Under the pieces are notes generated by a model. It did no database searches. It was not told the origin of the DNA and saw only the letters and a list, made by a program, of their open reading frames with translations. Shown one piece after another: positions 26,755 through 36,286 of a DNA stretch of 64,000 nucleotides (position 1 is its first letter; each line of letters starts with the position of its first letter). The translations under genes and the position numbers were made by a program. Origin of the DNA: a virus; IMG/VR virus record IMGVR_UViG_3300005805_000051, positions 44,996 through 108,995 of that record; one strand, given 5' to 3'.

Positions 26755-27723
26755 CTACGATGCAGATGGGGAGGTTTTCTCGCGAACCTGAAGGAACGAC
26801 GGCACATCCGACACGCGGTCATCAATCGGCAGTTCCATCGTCGGTGTGGGTGTTGATGCGGGTGGGGCTTCCACCAGTCGAATCTTGCCCGTGCGCGGCG
26901 GCGTGAGGGTGACGACTTGCGGAGATGGGGGGTCACTAGGTGCGTCAACCACCACAGGGGGAGTCCGCTGTGTAAATAAAATATTTGCGGCAATCAAGAG
27001 CATGACCGCCATCGGGTCGAAGACGAGCATCAACAATGCAGTCAACCACACGACTGCTTGGCGAATCGTGTCGAGGTCATCACTGCCATATACGGCTTGT
27101 GCGACATAGCGCAACGGCCCAATATCAGCGGTTGCTTTATTGGTTTCGGTTTCTGTCGTGATGCGTTCTTTTTGTGCCGCACTGAGGTCGGCGTTAATGC
27201 GTTTCAAGTCGGCAAGTAACGCCGTGCGTCGTGCTGCGTTTTCACGCTGCACCGCAACCGCTCCTGTTGACCCGCGTAAGCGTTGTGCGGCGCCCAGTTG
27301 TGATACCAGTTGTGATGACTGCTCATTCAACACTTTCAGTTCGGTATTGATTTGGTCGCGTTCCTGTTGCAGTTGCATTTCTCGCTGTTGGACTTCATTC
27401 AGGGTCAGTTCTGCGGTGGCAGCCACGCCTTCCGTTTCTACATGAGCGCGAGTGAGGAAGCCAAAAATGCCTAAACTGGTAATCAGCATCAGCGTTAGCG
27501 TAGCGGCATAAAAGTACGCACGCACCCCGCGTGCCGCCAAATGTCGATAGCGGTACATCCACGAGACGGCGACCAGCTTTGCGACTTCGAGCGTACTGGC
27601 GAGCGCGACCACGGGCCAGAAGGCCCCCGCATAGATGAGTGCTAAACCGAAAACGGAGAAAAACGCGGCTAGTCCTGACAGAGTAAGCCCTGTCAAGAGT
27701 GTGAGCCAAGCAAAAGGTAGCAT
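26755..27723 (-). CDS. Conserved phage membrane protein with a coiled coil
   Basis: LSGLAAFFSVFGL..LEVAKLV..LMLITSLGIFGFL..IGPLRYVA..LVFDPMAV. Confidence 0.85.
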   Translation of the reverse strand: MLPFAWLTLLTGLTLSGLAAFFSVFGLALIYAGAFWPVVALASTLEVAKLVAVSWMYRYRHLAARGVRAYFYAATLTLMLITSLGIFGFLTRAHVETEGVAATAELTLNEVQQREMQLQQERDQINTELKVLNEQSSQLVSQLGAAQRLRGSTGAVAVQRENAARRTALLADLKRINADLSAAQKERITTETETNKATADIGPLRYVAQAVYGSDDLDTIRQAVVWLTALLMLVFDPMAVMLLIAANILFTQRTPPVVVDAPSDPPSPQVVTLTPPRTGKIRLVEAPPASTPTPTMELPIDDRVSDVPSFLQVREKTSPSAS

Positions 27724-27731
27724 ACTGGTAT

Positions 27732-28358
27732 TTATCCTTTGGTTTCTTTGGCTTCCTTAGTTTCTCTCCAACGTCTCCATCGCTCCCGCATTTTTTCTCG
27801 CGCCCCCTCGCTGTGTTTTTTGCCTTTGAATGGATTGTTCGTTAGCATTCGTTGTCTATTCTTTTCAGTGAACGATTTAGGCATTTTTTTATTTCGCTGG
27901 CTTTCCGAACGACGAGCGCAGGCTTCCGGGGACATATCGTAGGTTCTGTTTCGGTTAGAAATAGATAGTCTCGCTCGATGTTCTTCTGTAAAGATACGGT
28001 TTTTGAGTTTTTCTCGTCGTTTTAATTCTGCATCAGGGCGTGTTTTTAAATATTGCTGGAGGTATAACCAGCCATGCTCACCCCCATCCGTCATATTGTA
28101 GCCTAATTCTTTTGTATTGAGGGTAGCTATCCAATACATTTCACGGTCATTTACTTCTTCGGGGGTTGTCTCTTCTAAAACGGTATGAGTAAAAACCTCA
28201 GGGCCGTATTTACGAATGGCCTTATGAAGATATGCAGTAGAACCTTGACGCGCAGATTTACAATGTCCCGACCATCGTTCATGTAGTTTAGAACGCGTCT
28301 GCCCGACGTATTGTTTTCCGTTGACAGTATTGGTGAGAAGATAGATAATAGCAGACAT
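27732..28358 (-). CDS. Free-standing GIY-YIG homing endonuclease with NUMOD3-type repeats
   Basis: IIYLLTNTVNGKQYVGQT..RW..H..AIRKYG..E..WI..GYNMTDGG; NPFKGKKHSE. Confidence 0.92.
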   Translation of the reverse strand: MSAIIYLLTNTVNGKQYVGQTRSKLHERWSGHCKSARQGSTAYLHKAIRKYGPEVFTHTVLEETTPEEVNDREMYWIATLNTKELGYNMTDGGEHGWLYLQQYLKTRPDAELKRREKLKNRIFTEEHRARLSISNRNRTYDMSPEACARRSESQRNKKMPKSFTEKNRQRMLTNNPFKGKKHSEGAREKMRERWRRWRETKEAKETKG

Positions 28359-28433
28359 GACAGCCTCCTTGATAGGTTGTTGATGTTAAGGGCAGTGATG
28401 AGTTGGCGCTCATCACTGCCTGTTTTTATTTAG
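28358..28433 (-). promoter_or_regulatory. Endonuclease leader: late promoter plus two hairpins
   Basis: CTAAATA at 28433-28427; 12-bp stem at 28391-28420; ACAACCT/AGGCTGT stem over the SD. Confidence 0.6.
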
Positions 28434-28455
28434 GAATCTGCGTGGTTACGCATTT

Positions 28456-28731
28456 CTATTCACTATAAGCGTATCCGCATACTTCACAAACCCAAAGCCG
28501 ACCCTCTTTATACATATTCCCACCACACTGCGGGCAGATGCGGTACTGGTTGCCGTCCTTGTCGGTAAAGGTCTTTTCGTGCGAGGATTTCTCGTCGCCG
28601 CTCGGATTTAGCGGATCTTTCGGCTTTGATTCTTTCTTCGACGAGTTCTTGTCCTGCGACTGCTGGAACGCGACCGCAGGAGTCGCAGCGAAGAGAAGGG
28701 AACCGGTGAGGAATGAACGACGCGTCATCAT
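28456..28731 (-). CDS. Small Tat-signal protein with a C-terminal zinc ribbon
   Basis: MTRRSFL twin-arginine motif, AVA cleavage site, CPQCG..CEVCG. Confidence 0.7.
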   Translation of the reverse strand: MMTRRSFLTGSLLFAATPAVAFQQSQDKNSSKKESKPKDPLNPSGDEKSSHEKTFTDKDGNQYRICPQCGGNMYKEGRLWVCEVCGYAYSE

Positions 28732-28753
28732 AGACAGAACTCCTTGTGCGTAT

Positions 28754-30040
28754 TTATCCGACAATCGTAAACCATCCCATTTGTGCAATGGCATTGATGT
28801 TTGAGTCGGGACGAATAGTCAAAGTATAAACTTCCGAGGTGCCGTTGATATAGCGACCGATTTGGTTACGAAGGTCTTGCGCCGTACCAATATTTAACGG
28901 CTGTCCAGCGGTCGCATACCCTGACGCGATTTCTGTGCCTCCCGATACTGCGGTAGCATTGGTATCAAAATCCACCGTACCATTTGGGTGATATTGAAAT
29001 CCTGCATTAGTCAGGGTCGGATTTCTCAACACTCGATACAACAGATTTTTGTCTTTGTTTGTGCTGTCAATCGCAATATCTGCTTGCGACAACACCACCA
29101 CCGCATCGAGGGAGTTGGCATTCAATCGCACACTCACCATCGGGCGTTCCGTATTCGCGGTCGCGGCTTTATAGGTGACCCCTGTGCCGGCTGAAGTAAT
29201 CGGAGAGGACGCGCTATAACCACCTTCAGAACTGACGGTAGAACAGATATGACACAGCGACGCATTACCGCTGCTTGTCGCTATCCGTGTGATTTCGTAT
29301 CGCAATGGCAATGTCGCGGTCTGCATGTACGGAAGCGTTTCCCGATTGTCATGATAAAAGGTGTGCGCCACATGGGGTACACCGTCCACCATAAATCCAC
29401 ACCGCACGGCCCCGACGCCCAGCCATTCAATATCGATGAAAAAAATCTGCGTCTTGGTAATGTCGAGGGTACGCTCGCTATTGCCAGTGCCATCAAACTT
29501 GTCCATGTTCCATGTTGATTGCGCGACACGATTTTCTACTAAAGATCCGTTCGCCCAACTGCGGACGACAAGATTCAAACTATTCGTGCTACCGCTTTGT
29601 TCAAGAAACACCCCATTATTCGGCGTAAAATAACCCACGCGTTGACGCAGGGTGGTATTTGCTGCCGCCATTGTAAAGGTGTTCAAGATATAGAGAGATT
29701 TACCGGGTTGATAAGGAAAGACTTTCGTCGTTTCGTAGATGGTTTGGTCGTTGTTCGCGCCGGTGACGGTCAGTATCACACTACTGGAGTTTTGATTGTA
29801 GGTTTTTGTTGCACTGCCGGATGTATTCGCATCCCACTGGGGGCCTTCCGTATAGCGGTGCTGACTATCAAATAAGGTAAACGGCTCGGCAACACGCATG
29901 CGACCAAACGCATCGACCATCATGCCTTGCGGATTGGCGGGATTAGGAATAACTTGTCCCCACCGGTCGGCAATCATCACCACTTCATAGCGTGTGCCGG
30001 GTTGTCCGAGTTGTTTGGTATCAACGCGATATTGTGCCAT
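28754..30040 (-). CDS. Probable virion structural protein (beta-rich)
   Basis: DAFGRMRVAEPFTLFDS..YQPGKS..RVGYF..IDIEWLGVG.VR.GF..LPLRYEI, common in T4-like phages. Confidence 0.7.
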   Translation of the reverse strand: MAQYRVDTKQLGQPGTRYEVVMIADRWGQVIPNPANPQGMMVDAFGRMRVAEPFTLFDSQHRYTEGPQWDANTSGSATKTYNQNSSSVILTVTGANNDQTIYETTKVFPYQPGKSLYILNTFTMAAANTTLRQRVGYFTPNNGVFLEQSGSTNSLNLVVRSWANGSLVENRVAQSTWNMDKFDGTGNSERTLDITKTQIFFIDIEWLGVGAVRCGFMVDGVPHVAHTFYHDNRETLPYMQTATLPLRYEITRIATSSGNASLCHICSTVSSEGGYSASSPITSAGTGVTYKAATANTERPMVSVRLNANSLDAVVVLSQADIAIDSTNKDKNLLYRVLRNPTLTNAGFQYHPNGTVDFDTNATAVSGGTEIASGYATAGQPLNIGTAQDLRNQIGRYINGTSEVYTLTIRPDSNINAIAQMGWFTIVG

Positions 30041-30055
30041 GCTCTATCTGACCCA

Positions 30056-30457
30056 CTAAAACAAATAATCTTGCGAGAACTTGAAGTCCGCACGAAACTT
30101 CATCGTCGTCTTGTCGATAGGACTGAGTTCGCCATTCACGAGCAAGTCGCCGATTTTGCGTGTCTCATCGGTGACCGAATACAACGGAAAGGTCATTCGC
30201 ACCATTTTGTCGGTTTGATGGACAACATCCGAGGGGTTACCCATTAGATATCCATAGGCGCGCAAAACATCTTGAATCTTGTTTGCCGCAGTACTCAACC
30301 CCATGATACCTTTGGTCGCCACGAACGGCGTGAGACTATCGCGTTCGCCTGCATCGATCCCGGCAAGACGCAACGCCCCAAGCAGATTAGATAGATCAAC
30401 GGTCTGCGGTGCGCCGGGTTCCGAGGCTTCTTTGAGGTAATGACGGAACGTCTTCAT
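30056..30457 (-). CDS. Putative head internal protein
   Basis: N-terminus MKTFRHYLKEA resembles the T4 capsid-targeting sequence MKTYQEFIAE. Confidence 0.6.
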   Translation of the reverse strand: MKTFRHYLKEASEPGAPQTVDLSNLLGALRLAGIDAGERDSLTPFVATKGIMGLSTAANKIQDVLRAYGYLMGNPSDVVHQTDKMVRMTFPLYSVTDETRKIGDLLVNGELSPIDKTTMKFRADFKFSQDYLF

Positions 30458-30499
30458 ATAGGTATGTAGGAGAACCCCACGGATTCTCGGTTACGCGCC

Positions 30500-30589
30500 T
30501 CACTTCTTGGGCGTTTTTGTTTTTTTCAGCACTTCATTTTTAATAGGTTGAGGGCTGATTCCAGAAATAAATTGGTTAAAACTTAACAT
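30500..30589 (-). CDS. 29-aa peptide MLSFNQFISGISPQPIKNEVLKKTKTPKK
   Basis: SD AGGA; capsid-targeting-like N-terminus; not in the ORF track. Confidence 0.4.
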   Translation of the reverse strand: MLSFNQFISGISPQPIKNEVLKKTKTPKK

Positions 30590-30597
30590 GACGCATC

Positions 30598-31187
30598 CTA
30601 ATGTTTTAATTTTAAGTGTATTTTTAAATTACCCGCATCAAAAAAGCGGTCGCAAAAAGGACAAGGATGCTTAGGTCGTAACTTTGCCGCCTCGGACATG
30701 CGTTGTTTAGTTTCTTTAGTTTTAGGTTTTCCTTTTGTCGGATGAGGTAAACCTAAATCGCGTAATTTTTTATGCATCGCTTGTCCACCTTTGACATGCC
30801 ATTTTTTACGTTCTTCCTCAGTCATTTTCTTCCAAGTAGACGCGGCGCCTTTTTTCCAGCATTTTGTTGATGCTTTATGAAAAAATCGTTCCCTTGTTGA
30901 CGATAATAATCAACAGCACTATTTCCACCTATAACCATATTATAAGATTTTTTATCTTTTACTATTTTTTCGGTAATAATATTTTTTTCCATTTCAAGAA
31001 GTTCTTCTCGCGTAGCAACAAACGCGATAATTTCTTTTTGAAACTGCTCTTTGCCGTATTTTTTTATGGCCCGTTGTAACGCAATTCCCGAACCAAAATA
31101 TCCGTCATTTATATTTTCTGTTGAATGTATACCCAAATAATATTTTTGGTTTACTAAACAGATTGTTTTATAAAGATAGTGTAGCAT
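30598..31187 (-). pseudogene. Seg-like GIY-YIG homing endonuclease split by a -1 frameshift (programmed or degenerate)
   Basis: YLYKT.CLVN.KYYLG.H..DGYFGSG..AIKKYG in 30822-31187; DNA-binding tail with CPFC..H...H in 30598-30825; A AAA AAG at 30855-30849; AT-rich. Confidence 0.75.
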
Positions 31188-31222
31188 ATCTTTATTTAGT
31201 AATCTGCATGTTTTGGGCTAAA

Positions 31223-32629
31223 TTATGCAGATAGTTTTTTACTTCCCCAACCCCAACGACACGACCAGTATCTGGCTTTCCATCTTGGTCCGGGATTGTC
31301 ACAATTATGTCTTGCTCTAAAATTTTTGCGTCTTTCGGGGTCGTCTCTCTTAATTTCCATATTCGGATCCCCGAAGTTGACCTTCACGACATTACCTTTG
31401 TCGTTTTTGACGTAGACCGAAAACTTCTTCGGGCCATCTGGGGTGCGGAACGGCTTATTCAGCGTGACCTTGCGTCCCTGATATTCTGCGGCTTCGCTCA
31501 GGGAGTTGATGGGCTTCATCTCAGCGGCTTCTGCAAGTGTCTCAAAGATAATATCTACGACATCCATATCGTGTTCCTTGAGTTGTGCCGTCCATGACGG
31601 GGCTTTCTTGTAGTACTGCCCGTAGACACTATCAAAATACCGAGCGAAGTGAGTGAACGAGGATTCCCACCGCTTTTCCAATGGTGCGCCCGTGGAATCA
31701 AAGTGGACGTTCTTCACTGGTCCGCGATAGACTTCGGTGCCCACTTTCCAATACCCTTTGCCATCGCTGTCGTTGAGATTCTTGGGCACCGCAAGGAGGA
31801 CGACATGCTTGCCTTGGTTGAACTCGCGCATCATCTCACGCGATTCCATTGTCGCGAGTTGGTCGTAGTAGTCAGGACGCTCCGCGAGATGATCCAATGC
31901 AATTTCCCGTGCAGTGGTGTCATCAGAGGTATGTTCGCGCTCGACCTTCATACCTTTTGCGAGCTGCTGCTCAATATGGTCAACGGTCACTTGGTGCTTT
32001 TGTGCAATTTCTTCGACACTCATCGTCGGTTTATCTAACACGGTGTGTAAACTTTCTTGCATCTCACCGGGTGTCATTGACTTGAAAATCGCAACGGATG
32101 AATCAGTGCCCCACTCGCGTTGTGACGGATCGGTCAGGTCGTAGGCTTCGTTCTTCTCGGTTTTCCATTTACCGCCGCGTTCCTTATACCATTTTGCGGC
32201 CCAGCCGTTGGCGTATGCGCTAGGATAGACATCGAAGCGTTTCTTCGCTTCCGATTTTGCGCGGCTCCACAGCGAAGGATTTGTCGGCACATTTTTTTCT
32301 GAGAGCATAGCTTCTCCGATACGATTACTGACAGGGCGTGGCGCCCCACCCGTACCTTTCCGATCGGTTACGGGGTCTTGCGCTTTCTTGCGCTTCACCG
32401 CATTCGCAATCGCTTTCTTTCCACCTTGAGCGCGAAGCTGTGCGGCTTTTTCTTTCGATAGACACTTGGGTTTGCCTTCACCTTCCCCGCCACGATCTTC
32501 CGCACCACCGCACTTTCCGATGCGTTCACCTTTGGTGTTATAGCGATCCCAACCACCCCCACCGATGCCGCCTTCTTTGCCTTTTCCGAACCACTTACGC
32601 AAATCTTCGTCGACGGGAAATGATGACAT
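31223..32629 (-). CDS. Multi-module putative virion-internal polyprotein
   Basis: Modules EDLRKWF..; LSEKNVP..YPSAYANGW; KGMKVEREHT..EIALDHL.E.PDYY; LSEAAEYQGRKV.LNKPFR..ARYWSCR. Confidence 0.75.
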   Translation of the reverse strand: MSSFPVDEDLRKWFGKGKEGGIGGGGWDRYNTKGERIGKCGGAEDRGGEGEGKPKCLSKEKAAQLRAQGGKKAIANAVKRKKAQDPVTDRKGTGGAPRPVSNRIGEAMLSEKNVPTNPSLWSRAKSEAKKRFDVYPSAYANGWAAKWYKERGGKWKTEKNEAYDLTDPSQREWGTDSSVAIFKSMTPGEMQESLHTVLDKPTMSVEEIAQKHQVTVDHIEQQLAKGMKVEREHTSDDTTAREIALDHLAERPDYYDQLATMESREMMREFNQGKHVVLLAVPKNLNDSDGKGYWKVGTEVYRGPVKNVHFDSTGAPLEKRWESSFTHFARYFDSVYGQYYKKAPSWTAQLKEHDMDVVDIIFETLAEAAEMKPINSLSEAAEYQGRKVTLNKPFRTPDGPKKFSVYVKNDKGNVVKVNFGDPNMEIKRDDPERRKNFRARHNCDNPGPRWKARYWSCRWGWGSKKLSA

Positions 32630-32634
32630 AGTAC

Positions 32635-34116
32635 TTATACCCAGTCTTTTGCGTCAATATCTTTTGTCGGCCAGTTTCCATTATTTTGCACAATCATGTG
32701 TGCAACTGACGATCGCTCACCTCCAAATGGAACTTCATGATACCACGGGTCTAAATTTTTGACGCGCTTGCCATTAGGTCCAACTACGTCAAAGTGTTTC
32801 TTTGACCGAAGCGATACATCCGAAGCGGGCACTACTTTCCAATTCTTCCCATTGTAGACATATTCGCCCCATTGTTCTTTCCATCCGCCGGTCGGTAGTT
32901 TCGTGGGAGGTGTCTTGATAAACTTTACTGCCGCTTCTTCGCGAATGAACTGTTGAAATGCACGATTCCACGATTCGCTTGTTGAAGTTTTGGTGGTTGA
33001 TGCAGATGCTTTTGCAGGAGCCTCCGTCGATTTTTCCGCCGGTTTCTCACCCGCTTTCCCTGTACCCTCAGCACTTGCACCAACACCCTTACGCTGCAAC
33101 CCGAACTCGTCACCGAACTTATTGCTCATGTCCACGAGTTCCTCGATGTCCATGTCCACCTTGATGACCGGCACATCGACGACATCTTCTTTGCCATTCA
33201 TCATGTCGTAGGTCGCAAGTGCAGCCCAACGGTGATGCCCATCCAGCACATACCCGTCCGACGACACAATCAGCGGTTGACGCAACGGATGTTCTGGCTT
33301 CTGCGTGTCAGGATTGGTCAAGAGTGCCCATGCCATACCCGCAACCTTATCCGCATTTAGCTGATTCTGCGTCGCTTTAATCTCAGTCGCGGGAAGAGTG
33401 TCGCCGGTAGTGACATCATAGCCCTTGTCTTTGAGATATTCCAAAAACGCGGGTTCTGCGTTCACTTCCATGTCCTGCGGATTTCCGCCCTTTTCCTTCG
33501 CGAGTTCGACTGCCATGTCCCATGCCTTTGACCCCTCGACCGCTTTGGTCTTGAGCTGCGGCATGGCATCGCGTGGGATTTCCTTGTTCCCCCCGCAGTA
33601 GAGATTCGTACCCGGCACACTCACGGCGCACAGGTCAAACTCGGGGGGCTTCACCAAACCCTTTTCCTTCGCAGTCTTCTTGACGAGCTTTCCGAGTTCG
33701 TCGTCTGCGAGGTCAGGATTCTGTGACTTCAGTTCTTTCGTGAGTTGCTTGATGTTGTTGAGATAGTTGGCAGCGTGTTTGCCAAGCTGCGCCATTCGCG
33801 TGGCGAGCTTCTTCTCAATCTTCGGATTGTCACCGATGGCTTGTTCGGGTTTCTCCGGCCCGATTTCTTTCGGAACATCCGTTTGCTTCACGGTCTTCAC
33901 CGCTTGCGGGTCTTGTTTTAACTGTTTGATGCCTTCGACGCCGCGAGCTTTTTGCTTTTCACGCTCAAGCTCTTGATATCGTTCTTTCGAAACATTCGGC
34001 TCAACCAGTTCATGTTTAGCGGGATTGAATGATTTGACGGTATATCGTGCGCCGCTGGTTTTGCTTTGCACATAGTCTACTTCATTCAGTAAGTCCCATT
34101 CGAAATCGAAGTTCAT
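32635..34116 (-). CDS. Multi-module protein with a ParB/Srx-like domain
   Basis: IKATQ..KV..PLIVSSDGYVLDGHHRWAA; LNE and FIREE sites flank modules. Confidence 0.75.
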   Translation of the reverse strand: MNFDFEWDLLNEVDYVQSKTSGARYTVKSFNPAKHELVEPNVSKERYQELEREKQKARGVEGIKQLKQDPQAVKTVKQTDVPKEIGPEKPEQAIGDNPKIEKKLATRMAQLGKHAANYLNNIKQLTKELKSQNPDLADDELGKLVKKTAKEKGLVKPPEFDLCAVSVPGTNLYCGGNKEIPRDAMPQLKTKAVEGSKAWDMAVELAKEKGGNPQDMEVNAEPAFLEYLKDKGYDVTTGDTLPATEIKATQNQLNADKVAGMAWALLTNPDTQKPEHPLRQPLIVSSDGYVLDGHHRWAALATYDMMNGKEDVVDVPVIKVDMDIEELVDMSNKFGDEFGLQRKGVGASAEGTGKAGEKPAEKSTEAPAKASASTTKTSTSESWNRAFQQFIREEAAVKFIKTPPTKLPTGGWKEQWGEYVYNGKNWKVVPASDVSLRSKKHFDVVGPNGKRVKNLDPWYHEVPFGGERSSVAHMIVQNNGNWPTKDIDAKDWV

Positions 34117-34135
34117 GGAACGCTCCTCTGCGAAA

Positions 34136-35725
34136 CTATCGCGATGACGCAGCTTGCTGCTTGCGCTGCTTATCTTGAAAATCCCGCTGTTGCGCGGCCA
34201 GCTTCTGCTGCTGGTGGCGCGCTGCCATCTGTTCTTTCTCTTGTTTCTGTTGTTGCGCGAGACGCTGTGTGGCGCTCATCGCTGACGGCGAGGTCGGACC
34301 TTGCACCGCTTCTTTCTTTAGTTGTTCGATAATACGGCGCGCGTTAGGCTTGGTGGCTTCGTCCATCGGCAACCCCGTTGGCGATACTGCCGCGTTCACG
34401 AATCGCACCAGTTGCGGGGGAATCAGCTCTTCGTTCCAGTTGATGCCCATCTTGCTGACGAGTTGCAGCATACGACCGAGATTCCGCAGACGTACAATAT
34501 TCGGTACCTTGTTCTTCTGGAAATACACCGCGAGAGCTTGATTCACAATCGCTTCGGGAGTCGCACCAGTGGGACGATCCACAAACGCACTCGCGAATGC
34601 AAGCGCGGCGGTCTTTTTCAACGGCAGTGTCAGCCCGCTGATCGGCTTCTCACCCTTGACTAACACTTCCGCTTCTGCGAGCGGTTCGACCGCAAACTCG
34701 GGGTTCTGATCATCGCTATATTTGAAGTAGTCGTGTAATGCGGTAATCGCGGTGTCGGCATCGGTTACCTTTGCTTGCACCCACGCTTCCACATTTGACG
34801 GAGGTTTTGCCGATACACGATCATGTAATGCAGTCGCTCGGTCGATGATGGACATCAACTGTCCTTTCATCATTCCGAGGTCGTCATTCTCTTCAACCGC
34901 TTCATTCTGTGCAGAATAGCCCTTATCGACGGCGTTGAAAAAGTCGGCTTTCTTATCGTCAGGGATGTCGGCGGGTGAATCATAGCCGTGCTTCTTCAAC
35001 ATATCGCGGAAATAAGTTTCGTAATCGGTATTGTATTCCGCTTCCTGTAGCGACACATTCTTGATGGGCGCTTTAATAATACGTTCGCCCCATTTCGTCA
35101 TAGGGTCATCTTTGAATTGCACCGATTTATCTTTACTGACATTGACGTAGACATAATTGCCGTCGATCTTGTCAACCCGACCTGAGAATCCTGCGCCGCC
35201 TTTGACGGCGAGTCCCGCATGAACGTAATCGCCAACTTTGATTGGACGGATAGAGGCGGCTTCCTTGATCATCTCACCCGGCTTGAACACCTTGACAATC
35301 TTTCCACCCTTGTTTTCGACGGAGATGGTCGCTTTCGGGAACTTCTGACGGAACATCTTGGCGGCATGCACAATATCCGACTTTTCTAAACTGTGCATCT
35401 GGTCAAGCACCTTCGCGGTCGGCTTGTAGTTATAGTCTGAACGCTTCCATGAGGGGGTCGGGTCGCCAATCGCCATGACGGTGAAGGTTTCAGGAGCTTC
35501 GGACAGCGAATCCTCACCCATCGCCATCTTAGTCGCGGTGGCATACATTACTTCTTTGCCACGACCGGGGTATCGCTTCTCGAAGTCGTCAGCGGACTTC
35601 TTCATCCCCTTGACGAGACGTTCACGCTCTTTCTTCTCCGCGTCGGTCATTTCTTCTTCGCGAATCTGACCGCGTGTCTGATCGTCAACAATATGTTCCC
35701 ACATCGGGGTTTGACCTTTGGACAT
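34136..35725 (-). CDS. Multi-module putative virion-internal polyprotein
   Basis: Short modules separated by IREE, LSEA, IKEA, LQEA, VEEN, LAEA, MDEA; late promoter at 35774-35768. Confidence 0.7.
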   Translation of the reverse strand: MSKGQTPMWEHIVDDQTRGQIREEEMTDAEKKERERLVKGMKKSADDFEKRYPGRGKEVMYATATKMAMGEDSLSEAPETFTVMAIGDPTPSWKRSDYNYKPTAKVLDQMHSLEKSDIVHAAKMFRQKFPKATISVENKGGKIVKVFKPGEMIKEAASIRPIKVGDYVHAGLAVKGGAGFSGRVDKIDGNYVYVNVSKDKSVQFKDDPMTKWGERIIKAPIKNVSLQEAEYNTDYETYFRDMLKKHGYDSPADIPDDKKADFFNAVDKGYSAQNEAVEENDDLGMMKGQLMSIIDRATALHDRVSAKPPSNVEAWVQAKVTDADTAITALHDYFKYSDDQNPEFAVEPLAEAEVLVKGEKPISGLTLPLKKTAALAFASAFVDRPTGATPEAIVNQALAVYFQKNKVPNIVRLRNLGRMLQLVSKMGINWNEELIPPQLVRFVNAAVSPTGLPMDEATKPNARRIIEQLKKEAVQGPTSPSAMSATQRLAQQQKQEKEQMAARHQQQKLAAQQRDFQDKQRKQQAASSR

Positions 35726-35803
35726 AGACTGCTCCTGTTATGCGGGTCGACCCCGCGATGCTGTTGGTATTTAGGAAAACACAGAAGCGCGGAAAGACGG
35801 AGA

Positions 35804-36043
35804 CTAGTCCTCCCATTTCTGGAGCGGGCACCCCTCTTTCCCTTTGGGGCTGTACACCTTTGCGGTAATCGGACACAGACAGACTTTGCACATGTGCATG
35901 GAGCGCGTAGAACTCAGATGCATATATTCCATCTGGTTGCACTGCGAACACACTTTTGCTCGGCTCTCAGCGCGGCCCCGTTGTTCGTCGGTGGGAAGAA
36001 ACATGATGGCCCATGCATGGAGGATTTCAAACAGGTCTGGCAT
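35804..36043 (-). CDS. Small Cys-rich protein
   Basis: R..VC..C..C..C.CPI..KVYSP....CP..KW. Confidence 0.7.
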   Translation of the reverse strand: MPDLFEILHAWAIMFLPTDEQRGRAESRAKVCSQCNQMEYMHLSSTRSMHMCKVCLCPITAKVYSPKGKEGCPLQKWED

Positions 36044-36045
36044 CG

Positions 36046-36285
36046 CTAACGCACCCATTTTCCATGCGGACACGCTTCCGGTCCAGCTTTAGGGCTGTAT
36101 ACTTTTTTGTGTAGCGGGCACCCACATGCCGCACAGCTATACTCTTCAAAGCTGCTACGCCAGTGTTTGAACTCGCAGGTATCACATACCGCTAATCGTT
36201 CCAACGCCAGTTCTTGTTGGGCCGGGGTGGGACGAAACGCACGATACCATGCGGTTGCGATATCTCGCAACTCGGGTAGTCGCAT
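36046..36285 (-). CDS. Small Cys-rich protein, paralog of the neighbouring gene
   Basis: RLAVCDTC..CAACGCPL.KKVYSP..CPHGKW. Confidence 0.75.
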   Translation of the reverse strand: MRLPELRDIATAWYRAFRPTPAQQELALERLAVCDTCEFKHWRSSFEEYSCAACGCPLHKKVYSPKAGPEACPHGKWVR

Positions 36286-36286
36286 A

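Noticed and set aside
27732-31187. Group I introns around the two GIY-YIG genes
   Set aside because: Flanking genes end and start normally and there is no room for an intron core; both endonucleases are free-standing
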